NCBI GenBank assembly: GCA_035277605.1
Contig: DATEKE010000237.1
Span: forward strand, 1 to 62,404
DNA: 62,404 nucleotides
Direction of reading: 5' to 3'
DNA from: Terriglobales bacterium
GTDB lineage: Bacteria; Acidobacteriota; Terriglobia; Terriglobales; Acidobacteriaceae
The position numbers and the translations under genes were made by a program. How positions within the stretch are numbered: position 1 is the stretch's first letter; every line of letters begins with the position of its first letter. The notes below the pieces were generated by a model that had not been told where the DNA came from, searched no databases, and saw only the letters and a list, made by a program, of their open reading frames with translations. Below are positions 27,797 to 37,182 of this stretch, in pieces.

Positions 27797-27900
27797 AGGC
27801 AGTAAGCAATGGGATCGTTCGCGTTCGTCCAGCGGTTTCAGCCCAGTGTCTAGCCTATTGCTGATCGGCACTTTTTCCCCGCGTATAATTTTCATTTGAG

Positions 27901-29400
27901 GTGATCCCATCGGTAATGACCCTCCCCACCAGTCTTGGCGAACTTCGGAAAAGTGAATTCAATGAGCAGCGGTTGAAGACTCGCCGCGTAAAGGATGAGC
28001 TGCGCGACAACCTTATCCGGAAGATAAAGACCGGAGAGACGATTTTTCCCGGTATCGTTGGATACGACGACACCGTCGTACCGCAGTTAATCAATGCCGT
28101 ACTGTCGCGGCATAACTTCATCCTTCTTGGGCTGCGCGGGCAAGCCAAGAGCCGCATGCTGCGCGCGCTGACCGGCCTACTCGATCCACAGTTGCCTTAC
28201 GTAATGGGTTGCGAGATTCACGATGATCCCTACGATCCTTTGTGCCGGCGCTGCAACAACCTGATCGCCGAAAAAGGCGAGGCCACGCCGATCGCATATC
28301 TCACGCCGCCGCAGCGATACGTCGAAAAACTCGCGACTCCAGACGTGACCGTGGCCGATCTCATCGGGGACATCGATCCGATCAAAGCCGCGCGCGGAGG
28401 GCTGGATCTGGCGAGCGAACTCACGGTCCACTATGGACTGCTGCCACGAGCAAATCGCGGCATCTTCGCCGTCAACGAACTTCCGGACCTGGCGGGGAAA
28501 ATTCAGGTTGCGCTCTTCAACATCATGCAAGAGGGCGACGTACAGATTAAGGGCTATCCAGTCCGATTGAACCTGGACGTGGCGCTGGTGTTTAGCGCGA
28601 ATCCTGAAGACTACACCGCTCGCGGAAAGATCGTCACGCCACTGAAAGATCGCATTGGCTCGGAGATTCGCACGCACTACGCCGGAACGGTCGATGAGGG
28701 CGTTGCCATCACCCAGCAGGAAGCCTGGACCGAACGCCACGGCCATCCGCTGTATGTCCCGCAGTACATTCGCGAAATTGTGGAACAGATCGCCTTCGCC
28801 GCGAGGGAAGATAAGCGCGTCGATAAGCGCTCTGGCGTGAGCCAGCGCCTTCCGATTTCAACGATGGAGAACGTAATCTCCAACGCGGAGCGCCGCGCTT
28901 TTCGAAACGGCGAGGGCACCGTTGTTCCCCGCGTAAGTGATATCTATGGCGCGATGCCTGCGATCACAGGCAAGCTGGAACTGGAGTACGAAGGCGAACT
29001 GCGTGGAGCCGACACAGTTGTCCGCGATCTCATCCGTCTCGCGGTCGCTCGCACCTTCGACACCTACTTCAAGGACGGCAACATGCAGCAGATCATTCAA
29101 TGGTTCGATCTGGGAGGCCAGCTCAAGTTCAGTGACACCGCTCCTTCGGCCGAGCTGATGGATGGTCTCAAGCACATTCAAGGTCTCTCGGAAAAGCTAA
29201 GCGCAGTCGGTGTGAAGCCGAAGGACAAAGCCGAGATCGTCGTCTCCGGCGCAGAGTTCCTGCTCGAAGGACTCTACGCACACAAGCGCATAGGCCGCAG
29301 CGAGGAGCGCGTATTCATGGCGCCCGATAAGCAGCGCCACGCGGAGAAGGCTCCGAGTCGGGAAGAGGTCCCCGTTCGGAACAGGCGACCGTATAACTAG
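27901..29400 (+). CDS. ChlI/Mg-chelatase-like AAA+ ATPase of unknown function
   Basis: P-loop-like GLRGQAKS, Walker B-like IFAVNELPD, FNIMQEGDVQIKG segment as in ChlI/MoxR proteins. Start is GTG 27901 or ATG 27916 (GAGGTGAT upstream). Confidence 0.85.
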   Translation: MIPSVMTLPTSLGELRKSEFNEQRLKTRRVKDELRDNLIRKIKTGETIFPGIVGYDDTVVPQLINAVLSRHNFILLGLRGQAKSRMLRALTGLLDPQLPYVMGCEIHDDPYDPLCRRCNNLIAEKGEATPIAYLTPPQRYVEKLATPDVTVADLIGDIDPIKAARGGLDLASELTVHYGLLPRANRGIFAVNELPDLAGKIQVALFNIMQEGDVQIKGYPVRLNLDVALVFSANPEDYTARGKIVTPLKDRIGSEIRTHYAGTVDEGVAITQQEAWTERHGHPLYVPQYIREIVEQIAFAAREDKRVDKRSGVSQRLPISTMENVISNAERRAFRNGEGTVVPRVSDIYGAMPAITGKLELEYEGELRGADTVVRDLIRLAVARTFDTYFKDGNMQQIIQWFDLGGQLKFSDTAPSAELMDGLKHIQGLSEKLSAVGVKPKDKAEIVVSGAEFLLEGLYAHKRIGRSEERVFMAPDKQRHAEKAPSREEVPVRNRRPYN

Positions 29401-29411
29401 GCTCGCATTAA

Positions 29412-30656
29412 ATGAAGTTTATTAAATACACAAAGTACGTTCCCGATCCTGCCTCCGAGATGAGCATGGATGACCTGCTCAGCGCTCTCTCCGATTATCT
29501 GCTGCAGAGTGGCTTTCAGGATTCCTGGTACTCCTACGAATTCAATGATGGCGAGCAGACACTCGATGAGCTGCGGCAGGCGATTCAGCAGGCGCTCGAA
29601 GCCGGCGAGTTGCTTGATGAGAACATGCGCGAGCGCCTGGAGCAAATGCGTGCCGAAGGTCAGTTCGATGAGCTCATCGAGAAGCTGATCGAACGCATGG
29701 AGCAGGAAGACTACATCAGCATCGATCAGCCCTTTGACCAAGCACGGCAATCGAGCGTTCCGGGCCAAACCGACGAACAGCAGCAGGCGCAGGTAAAGTT
29801 CGAAGTCACCGACAAAGGACTCGACTTCCTCGGCTACCGCACCCTGCGCGATCTTCTAGGCTCACTAGGGAAATCCAGTTTCGGACGGCACGACACTCGT
29901 GACATGGCGACCGGCGTCGAGTCGAGCGGTGCGTCGCGAGCTTACGAGTTCGGCGACACCTTGAACCTCGACATTACTGCCACCTTGTCGAACGCCATTC
30001 AGCGCGACGGCCTCAAAGTGCCCGTCGAACTCGAGTACTCAGATCTTCAGGTGTATCAGTGCGAGTATCAGTCGTCATGTGCAACTGTGCTCATGCTCGA
30101 CTGCTCGCATTCGATGATCCTCTACGGAGAAGATCGCTTCACGCCAGCGAAGAAAGTGGCGATGGCCCTGTCGCAGCTCATCCGCACGCAATATCCCGGC
30201 GATTCACTTTCCCTCGTGCTCTTTCACGATTCGGCCGAGGAGCTGCCGTTATCGCAACTGGCGCGCGTAAAGGTTGGGCCGTATTACACGAATACACGCG
30301 AAGGTCTGCGAATGGCGCAGCGCATCCTCGAGCGCCAGCGCAAGGACATGAAGCAGATCATCATGATCACTGACGGCAAGCCTTCGGCGCTCACGCTTGA
30401 AGATGGACGCATTTACAAAAATGCTTTCGGACTGGATCCTCTCGTCGTCAGCCAGACGCTTGAAGAGGTTTCGCGCTGCAAGCGGGCAGGCGTGATGATC
30501 AACACCTTCATGCTTGCCTCGGATTTCGGGCTGATTCAGTTCGTTCAGAAGGTGACGGAAATGTGCCGCGGAAAAGCGTATTTCACTACTCCGCATACGC
30601 TCGGTCAGTACCTGCTCATGGATTACATGTCGCGCAAGACGCGCACGATTCACTAA
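29412..30656 (+). CDS. VWA-domain protein with an acidic helical N-terminal region (CoxE/ChlD-C-terminal-like)
   Basis: MIDAS DCSHS ... NT ... ITDGKPS. N-terminal ~110 aa rich in Asp/Glu/Gln. Starts 11 nt after the ATPase stop. Confidence 0.85.
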   Translation: MKFIKYTKYVPDPASEMSMDDLLSALSDYLLQSGFQDSWYSYEFNDGEQTLDELRQAIQQALEAGELLDENMRERLEQMRAEGQFDELIEKLIERMEQEDYISIDQPFDQARQSSVPGQTDEQQQAQVKFEVTDKGLDFLGYRTLRDLLGSLGKSSFGRHDTRDMATGVESSGASRAYEFGDTLNLDITATLSNAIQRDGLKVPVELEYSDLQVYQCEYQSSCATVLMLDCSHSMILYGEDRFTPAKKVAMALSQLIRTQYPGDSLSLVLFHDSAEELPLSQLARVKVGPYYTNTREGLRMAQRILERQRKDMKQIIMITDGKPSALTLEDGRIYKNAFGLDPLVVSQTLEEVSRCKRAGVMINTFMLASDFGLIQFVQKVTEMCRGKAYFTTPHTLGQYLLMDYMSRKTRTIH

Positions 30657-30665
30657 GACAAAAGG

Positions 30666-30704
30666 CGATAGGCATTACTCGTGGGCCTACCGCTTTGCCT
30701 ATCG
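30666..30704. terminator. Possible stem-loop between convergent genes (9-bp stem CGATAGGCA/TGCCTATCG, 21-nt loop)
   Basis: Seen by eye. The loop is large and there is no clear U-tract. Confidence 0.25.
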
Positions 30705-30715
30705 TCTACTGCTTC

Positions 30716-31147
30716 TTAGATCTTCGTTTTTCCGCTCGCCGAGATCAGCAGCTCGCGCAAACGGGTGGCCTGACTTTGCTCCTCATCCGTCTCGACGAGA
30801 AATTCGATCCCATAAGAGTAGCCGCGGCGATTACGCACTTCGGCTTTCACCCGCATGGGCTGGCCGGAGTATGCAGGCGTGAACTCCACTTCGACAATGT
30901 CGCCGATGCGCAGTTCGACTCCAGCGAACACGGCCATGCCGCCTTCGCTCATGTCGCGTCCGCGGGCTTCGACGATCTTGGCGGTATGCAGCGAGTTCCA
31001 GAAGATCAGGCGAATGGGCACGTCGATGCCGCTGCGTTCCCAACGGCGCTTGCGTGCGAAACCTGTGGAGGATTGGGCGGAGGTTGCCGTCGCCATGCTG
31101 CTGATAATATCGGCGCTCCTCCGTTCGCCGAAGATTACGAAAGACAT
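30716..31147 (-). CDS. PilZ domain protein (143 aa)
   Basis: RRWER (RxxxR) and DMSEGG (D/NxSxxG) motifs. Confidence 0.78.
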   Translation of the reverse strand: MSFVIFGERRSADIISSMATATSAQSSTGFARKRRWERSGIDVPIRLIFWNSLHTAKIVEARGRDMSEGGMAVFAGVELRIGDIVEVEFTPAYSGQPMRVKAEVRNRRGYSYGIEFLVETDEEQSQATRLRELLISASGKTKI

Positions 31148-31397
31148 ATTGACGCTATAACCTGCACTGAACTCGTTGCCAGCTCCTCAACTAATACAAA
31201 ACAGACAGGTTCGCAGTCACGCGTTGCGAGCGCCGTGTGCAAACTGTAGGCAATGTCCCGCCGAGAAGCCATGCTGAATTGGAACTAGCGCACGTCGGCA
31301 ATGTACGTGCTCACGCTGATGAACTTACGCGAGACGTTTCTCGTAACTCTGGGGTAACCTTGGACGGCCTCCAGTCTGCAAGTACCGGCACCTGCAA

Positions 31398-32924
31398 ATG
31401 GCAACTCCGAACGTAGCTCGAAAGATCACTTTTTCAGATTCATATACACCGCGCGCCACTGCTGTTGTGGCTTTCATTGCTTTGGCGATCGCCGCTGTTC
31501 ATTTGCTCACGAACCAGCGCTACGGCTTTCATCGCGACGAACTTCAGACGCTCTCCGATGCTCTTCACCTGGATTGGGGATTCGTTCCCTATCCTCCCTT
31601 AACGCCCTTCCTCGAGCGGATTGGGCTTCACTTCTTCGGACTCTCCCTGGTTGGATTGCGCATTTTTTCCGTGATAGCGCAGAGCACTGCGATCTTCGTC
31701 ACCGGTTTAATGGCATGGGAACTCGGCGGGGGACACTTAGCTCAAGCAACGGCGGCGCTGGCAGTTGCGGTTGCTCCACTGGCGTTGTTCGAGGGAACGG
31801 AATTTCAGTACACCTCCTTCGACTATTTATGGTGGGTACTGGTCGCTTATTTCGTCATCCGTCTGCTCAAGACGGAGAATCCGCGCTGGTGTCTGGCGAT
31901 CGGCGCGGTCGTTGGAATTGGTTTGCAGACGAAATACACCATGTTCTTCTATCTCGTCGGCGTGTTGCTCGGATTGCTCCTGACACCTGCACGCCGCTTT
32001 CTGCTGACTCGCTGGTTCTGGGCTGGAGCCGGCATTGCCCTGCTCATCTTTCTTCCTAATTTCATTTGGCAGATACGCCACGATTTCATCTCATTGCAGT
32101 TCCTGCGCCACATTCACACACGCGATGTTGGTGAGGGCCGTGCCGAAGGTTATTGGAGTTCTCAGTTCCTCAATGCAAATCCGCTCTCGGTGCCTCTTTG
32201 GATCGCCGGCCTCATCGGTTTTTTCCGCAATGCTCGTTTCAGAGTGCTGGCATGGATGGCGGTGGTTCCCGTTTTGATACTCTGGATTTCTAAAGGGCGG
32301 GGCTACTATCCAGGAGCCATCTATCCGATGCTGTTAGCCATGGGCGCGGTATTAATGGAGGCGTGGATTCATCGCTCCAACCGGCGCTGGTTAAAACCCG
32401 CTGTCATGGTGTATTTGATCACTCTCATCGGCGGAGGAGCATACGCGAGCACCATCCTGGTCCCCTCGACATCAATCGGTCCACTGCATGATCGGGCGCT
32501 GAAGAACAACGGAGACTTGCGGGAGGAGATCGGCTGGAACGAACTGGTAAAGAATGTCGCGAGTATCCGCGATTCGCTGCCTCCGGACCAACGCGCAAAC
32601 GTCGGCATTCTGGCCGGCAATTATGGTGAGCAGGGTGCGATCGAACTCCTTGGACGTGCGTACAAGTTGCCGGCACCCATCTCGATGACGAACTCGGCGT
32701 GGTTGCGCGGATACCCAACACCACCGCCATCCACACTGATCGTGGTGGGAAACTCAGCCGAGTGGGTGAATAAGAACTTCACCTCGTGCCGTCTCGCTGG
32801 TCATAACACCAATTCGGAAGGAGTCGACAACGAAGAGAGCCATGACCATCCAGACATTTTCGTCTGTGGCCCTCCTCGCCTGCCTTGGGCAGAGTTCTGG
32901 CAAACGCATCAACGATTCGGATAA
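31398..32924 (+). CDS. Glycosyltransferase family 39 (ArnT/PMT-like) integral membrane protein
   Basis: 508 aa with about 10 or more TM helices. N-terminal HRDEL...PYPPLTPF loop typical of GT-C/PMT_2 enzymes, plus a soluble C-terminal domain. Confidence 0.8.
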   Translation: MATPNVARKITFSDSYTPRATAVVAFIALAIAAVHLLTNQRYGFHRDELQTLSDALHLDWGFVPYPPLTPFLERIGLHFFGLSLVGLRIFSVIAQSTAIFVTGLMAWELGGGHLAQATAALAVAVAPLALFEGTEFQYTSFDYLWWVLVAYFVIRLLKTENPRWCLAIGAVVGIGLQTKYTMFFYLVGVLLGLLLTPARRFLLTRWFWAGAGIALLIFLPNFIWQIRHDFISLQFLRHIHTRDVGEGRAEGYWSSQFLNANPLSVPLWIAGLIGFFRNARFRVLAWMAVVPVLILWISKGRGYYPGAIYPMLLAMGAVLMEAWIHRSNRRWLKPAVMVYLITLIGGGAYASTILVPSTSIGPLHDRALKNNGDLREEIGWNELVKNVASIRDSLPPDQRANVGILAGNYGEQGAIELLGRAYKLPAPISMTNSAWLRGYPTPPPSTLIVVGNSAEWVNKNFTSCRLAGHNTNSEGVDNEESHDHPDIFVCGPPRLPWAEFWQTHQRFG

Positions 32925-33085
32925 TCGGGCGAATAAAGCTGAGTCAAGGATCCCATGCTGGAGAGACTCTCCACCTTCAATCCTGATCTGCTATGTCAAC
33001 CTGCCGGTCGTTCTGATCCTCCAAAGCAAGCATAGGTCTGCGAAAAACGTAGGCCTTACAAAAGCCATAACAGGAGTTCTGAAAC

Positions 33086-33652
33086 ATGGCAGAGGATCTC
33101 GCAGGTGTACGCGTTGCCGTATTGCTCACCGACGGAGTAGAAGAACCAGAGTTCGTAAAACCTAAAGAAGCTCTGGAGCAAGCCGGAGCACAGGTCACAG
33201 TGATCTCGCCGAAGGGCGGCGAGATTCAGGCATTTCAACATCACGACAAATCCAAGAAGTACAAAGCCGACAAAAGTCTTGACGAAGTTGATGCATCGCA
33301 ATTCGACGCTCTCCTGCTTCCAGGAGGAGCACTCAATGCAGACGCACTCCGAGTTGTCCCAAAAGCGCAGCAGTTCGCAAGAGCCATCGACAGTGCAGCC
33401 AAACCCATCGCGGTGATCTGCCATGGGCCATGGCTGCTGGTCTCAACCGGCCTGGTGCGCGGCCGCAACGTCACCAGTTACCACACAATTCAGGACGACC
33501 TGCACAACGCCGGCGCTAACTGGCAAGATGCCGAGGTGCTGGTCGATCGCAACTGGGTCAGCAGCCGCAAGCCGGATGACATCCCGGCCTTCAATCGCGA
33601 GATGCTCAAGCTGTTTGCTGAAGCCGCAGCACGCAACCGCAAAGCCGCCTAA
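33086..33652 (+). CDS. DJ-1/PfpI family protein (type 1 glutamine amidotransferase-like)
   Basis: Nucleophile elbow AVICHGPWLL. AGGAG RBS 9 nt upstream. Confidence 0.9.
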   Translation: MAEDLAGVRVAVLLTDGVEEPEFVKPKEALEQAGAQVTVISPKGGEIQAFQHHDKSKKYKADKSLDEVDASQFDALLLPGGALNADALRVVPKAQQFARAIDSAAKPIAVICHGPWLLVSTGLVRGRNVTSYHTIQDDLHNAGANWQDAEVLVDRNWVSSRKPDDIPAFNREMLKLFAEAAARNRKAA

Positions 33653-33679
33653 TCATCTTCCGAGCAGAAAGGAGCTCTC

Positions 33680-34906
33680 ATGAAAGCAGTCGTATTCCGC
33701 GGAGTCGGCGACATCCGGCTCGAAAACGTGCCGGAACCGGAAATTCAGAAACCAAATGATGCCATCGTTCGCCTTACCGCAAGTGCCATTTGTGGAACCG
33801 ATCTTCACATGGTCCGCGGCACTATGGCCGGCATGAAGCCTGGAACCATTTTGGGACACGAAGGAGTGGGCATCGTGGAAGAAGTCGGTAGCGCTGTTCG
33901 CAACTTCAAGCCGGGGGATCGCGTCGTGATCCCTTCGACCATCGCTTGCGGAAATTGCTCATACTGCCGTGAGGGCTATTACTCCCAGTGCGATAAAGCC
34001 AATCCCAACGGACCCAACGCCGGAACCGCCTTCTTCGGTGGACCGCAATCGACCGGGCCCTTCGACGGACTTCAAGCCGAGTACGCTCGTGTTCCGTTTG
34101 CGAACGTAGGACTCGTGAAGGTTCCTGAGGAAGTCTCCGACGATCAGGCAATCCTCATCTCCGATATCGTGCCCACCGCCTGGATGGCTGCAGAGTTGGC
34201 TGAGATCTGCTCCGGCAGTACGGTGGCCGTCTTTGGATGCGGGCCCGTCGGGCAGTTCGTGATTGCCTGCGCCAAGCTGATGAATGCAGGTCGCATCTTT
34301 GCCATCGATGCCATTCAGTCGCGCCTGGAAATGGCGCAGGAGCAAGGTGCGGAGATTATCAACTACGACCAGGAAGATCCCGTTGAGGCGTTGAAGGGCT
34401 TTACTGGAGGCATCGGCGCAGATCGCGTCATCGATGCGGTCGGAGTTGATGCCAATCGTCCTCACCATGGTTCTGGCGCGATGAAAAGCTTAATGAAGGC
34501 GCCGAAGAATGCAGTCGAGCGCCGCATGGTTGCTCCGAAACGAGGCACCAGCAACGGGAATTGGCATCCGGGAGACGCCCCATCTCAGGTGCTGAGCTGG
34601 GCCACGGAAGCGATTGCCAAAGCGGGAACGCTGTCGATTATCGGTGTTTATCCCGAAACGGTGCAGAGCTTTCCGATCGGCGCGGCGATGGAGAAGAATC
34701 TCACTCTCAAAATGGGAAATTGCAACCATCGCAAATACATTTCCATGTTGCTCGACAAGGTCTTGACAGGCGTGCTCAATCCCGAAAAGGTCCTCACGCA
34801 AACCGAGCCGATGACCGGCGCGCTTGATGCCTACAAGGCTTTCGACACACGCCAGCCGGGCTGGATCAAAGTGGAATTAAAGCCCGCCGCCAGCATTGCG
34901 GCTTAG
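33680..34906 (+). CDS. Zinc-dependent alcohol dehydrogenase family (glutathione-independent formaldehyde dehydrogenase-like)
   Basis: GHEGVGIVEEVG zinc motif, structural Zn cysteines CGNCSYC, Rossmann GCGPVGQ. AAGGAG RBS. Confidence 0.9.
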   Translation: MKAVVFRGVGDIRLENVPEPEIQKPNDAIVRLTASAICGTDLHMVRGTMAGMKPGTILGHEGVGIVEEVGSAVRNFKPGDRVVIPSTIACGNCSYCREGYYSQCDKANPNGPNAGTAFFGGPQSTGPFDGLQAEYARVPFANVGLVKVPEEVSDDQAILISDIVPTAWMAAELAEICSGSTVAVFGCGPVGQFVIACAKLMNAGRIFAIDAIQSRLEMAQEQGAEIINYDQEDPVEALKGFTGGIGADRVIDAVGVDANRPHHGSGAMKSLMKAPKNAVERRMVAPKRGTSNGNWHPGDAPSQVLSWATEAIAKAGTLSIIGVYPETVQSFPIGAAMEKNLTLKMGNCNHRKYISMLLDKVLTGVLNPEKVLTQTEPMTGALDAYKAFDTRQPGWIKVELKPAASIAA

Positions 34907-34916
34907 GCAAACACAA

Positions 34917-35684
34917 TTATCCTTCGAGCAGACATCGTTGCAGCTCCGCCTTCCGCTCCGGGAGGCGGAGTTCTTTCAGCAGTTCGTAGATTACGGGCCG
35001 GGGGAGCGTTCGCGCGACTTGCATGACGATCGCTTCGGGAGCCTCCGGCCGGCGTAGAACAGCGAGCTGAATCTCTCGTCGCAGTGACCACTTGGTGTGC
35101 TCGACAACAATTTCGATCAGCGTACCCGCGCTCTCTGCAGCGCTGACGGCTTTCACAATGCCAGCTTCAGTCATACGCGGATTCTGCAGCGCGGCTTCGA
35201 TCACCGTGCGCTCACTCTGAAGCAGCAATGCGCTTGCTATGCCTGCCGACGCACGACGCGCCATGTTGATGCGTTCGCCGAGAGAAATGGCTTCGAGCTT
35301 GTCGATCAGCAGTTGCTCAGCCACGAGCTTCAGATCGGCCGCTGCGGTTGGAGACAAAGCGACGTCCATCAGCTCGAATGCAAATAGGCGGCGCAGCACT
35401 GGAAGAGCGACATGACGAGGAACCCGCACATGCTGCACGAGCTTCAGCAACGTTTTTCGGCTCTTAATCGCAACCGGGTTGCGAGCTAATGCTTCGAACG
35501 CCGTGGGAGGAAGGTCGTTGCGGTGCAGCAAGCCTAAAGCCTGGTCCTCCTCAAGGCCTGCATGGCTGGCGGCCACCAGCAAATCCTCTGGGAAGACGCT
35601 CGCAATCAGTTCCGCCAGCGCAGCCGATGGGCGCGACACCGACAGCGGTTGTGCTTTGCCCTGAGCTGTGCCGAATCCGGTCAT
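34917..35684 (-). CDS. Hypothetical all-helical repeat protein (255 aa)
   Basis: Coding-like composition. Repeated about 30-aa helical segments (..ALARNPVAIKS.., ..AALQNPRMTEAGIV.., ..LRRPEAPEAIV..). No family recognised. Confidence 0.6.
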   Translation of the reverse strand: MTGFGTAQGKAQPLSVSRPSAALAELIASVFPEDLLVAASHAGLEEDQALGLLHRNDLPPTAFEALARNPVAIKSRKTLLKLVQHVRVPRHVALPVLRRLFAFELMDVALSPTAAADLKLVAEQLLIDKLEAISLGERINMARRASAGIASALLLQSERTVIEAALQNPRMTEAGIVKAVSAAESAGTLIEIVVEHTKWSLRREIQLAVLRRPEAPEAIVMQVARTLPRPVIYELLKELRLPERKAELQRCLLEG

Positions 35685-35728
35685 GTAGACGCATTCTATC
35701 GACCGGGGAACGGGAAGTCTCTACGGTA

Positions 35729-36631
35729 TTACGCTTGGCTGCGCGCCATTGCCAGCGCTCCCATAACGGGATGCACCGGCTCAAGATTCACTTCGATACC
35801 GCGGCGCTCGGCGCGAATGGCGTTCGAAAACATCTGCCGTATCTGTGCGGAATGCGCAAAGACGCCTCCGGTAAGCGCAATCGGAATTTTCCCGTCTTCG
35901 TTCCACAATTTCCGGACCACGATGCGAGCAAGCTGTGCCAATTCGTTGGCAGCCGATGACAGAATCTCCCGCGCGAGCGCATCACCGGCGTCGGCGCATT
36001 GGAGAACCGCAGGAAGAAGCGCGGCAAAATCGGGTGGAGGATTGGAATTTGCCATCGCCACCACCTCTTCCCTGCCGCTCAACCGCCAAGCCTGCATGAT
36101 CGCAGACAGCAGTTCGGTTGAGCGTCCCGCATCGTGCGCTCTCATCGATTGCGCGACCGCCGTCCTACCAATCCAGAACCCGGAACCTTCGTCAGAAATG
36201 ATCGGACCCCATCCTCCGGCTCGCGCGCTCTCTCCCCGCTCGTTGATCCCCAAAACGTTCGAACCGGTTCCGGCAATCACCAGCACTCCAGGTCCGCCAT
36301 TAAAGGCAGCATGATGCGCGATCGTGGTGTCGTTCACCAGGATCAGTTCCCCACCCACGAGTTGCGTCAGTGTGGCGCGAGTCCACTGGGTCACTTCGGG
36401 AATACTGGAGCCGGCCAACCCGATGCATGTGCGGGAAAATTGGTCAGGCCTGATATTGGCCTGCCTGCATGCGACATTAATTGCGGACTGCAGAGCCTCA
36501 GCGGCAGCTTTGTTTCCGACCTTCTTGATTTTGATGGTGCTGCCGACCGCCGACGCGAGCACACTGCGCTCGTCGCCGATTACGCATTCAGTTTTTGTAC
36601 CGCCACCGTCAATCGCGAGAAAGTAGGACAC
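35729..36631 (-). CDS. BadF/BadG/BcrA/BcrD-type ATPase (N-acetylglucosamine kinase-like)
   Basis: LAIDGGGTKTE phosphate-1 motif, VLVIAGTGSN, ISDEGSGFWIG. Confidence 0.85.
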   Translation of the reverse strand: MSYFLAIDGGGTKTECVIGDERSVLASAVGSTIKIKKVGNKAAAEALQSAINVACRQANIRPDQFSRTCIGLAGSSIPEVTQWTRATLTQLVGGELILVNDTTIAHHAAFNGGPGVLVIAGTGSNVLGINERGESARAGGWGPIISDEGSGFWIGRTAVAQSMRAHDAGRSTELLSAIMQAWRLSGREEVVAMANSNPPPDFAALLPAVLQCADAGDALAREILSSAANELAQLARIVVRKLWNEDGKIPIALTGGVFAHSAQIRQMFSNAIRAERRGIEVNLEPVHPVMGALAMARSQA

Positions 36632-36939
36632 GAATTAGTTGTATCACAAGTGCTCTATAGCTCTTACCGACCGATTCCACGGCTGAAGGCCGAAGGTACA
36701 AGCAGTGTCGATCCATTGCGGCATTGTCCAGCATCTGCCAGAGTTTGGCGGAGTAATATGTCAGCGGCAGAGTAATCCACGTCATAGTTACAGAGATGGA
36801 GTTTTCTCCTCAATTTGCGCCTAAGTTCGCCTGCCCGACCCAAGCGTTGTGATTTCCTATTGATTTCCATCCCAGACTGGGTGATGATGCGCTTACCTAC
36901 CCCCACCCAGATCTTAACTACTCGATTACGAGAGCGAGC

Positions 36940-37167
36940 ATGAAAGATATCTATGAAGTAATCCGTCAAAAAGAGGCTGATCTGCAGCGCATCCAGCATG
37001 AGATTGAAGCTCTGCGGATCAGTGCCAAGCTGCTGGAAGAGGTCGGACGCCCCGTTTCTGCCACGCCGGTGCAGGTATTCAGCGCCGCGGCAGGGGCCAA
37101 ACCGCAAACTTCCACGCAGCCGGCGCCCTCTGCCAATGCGTGGGCAACAGCCAAGCAATTTCCGTAG
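36940..37167 (+). CDS. Small hypothetical protein (75 aa): coiled-coil N-half, Pro/Ala/Gln-rich C-half
   Basis: Coding-like codon usage. Ends 15 nt before the next gene. No family recognised. Confidence 0.5.
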   Translation: MKDIYEVIRQKEADLQRIQHEIEALRISAKLLEEVGRPVSATPVQVFSAAAGAKPQTSTQPAPSANAWATAKQFP

Positions 37168-37182
37168 ACCGCGAGACGTTGA

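Noticed and set aside
27858-27889. Sigma-70-type promoter TTGCTG-N20-TATAAT upstream of the AAA+ gene
   Set aside because: The -10 is perfect, but the 20-nt spacer is too long for a canonical -35/-10 pair. Only the TATAAT is mentioned, in the finding.
35562-36314. 250-aa plus-strand ORF
   Set aside because: It is antisense to the BadF-type kinase and the helical-repeat gene. It is Ser/Ala/Arg-rich with no motifs.
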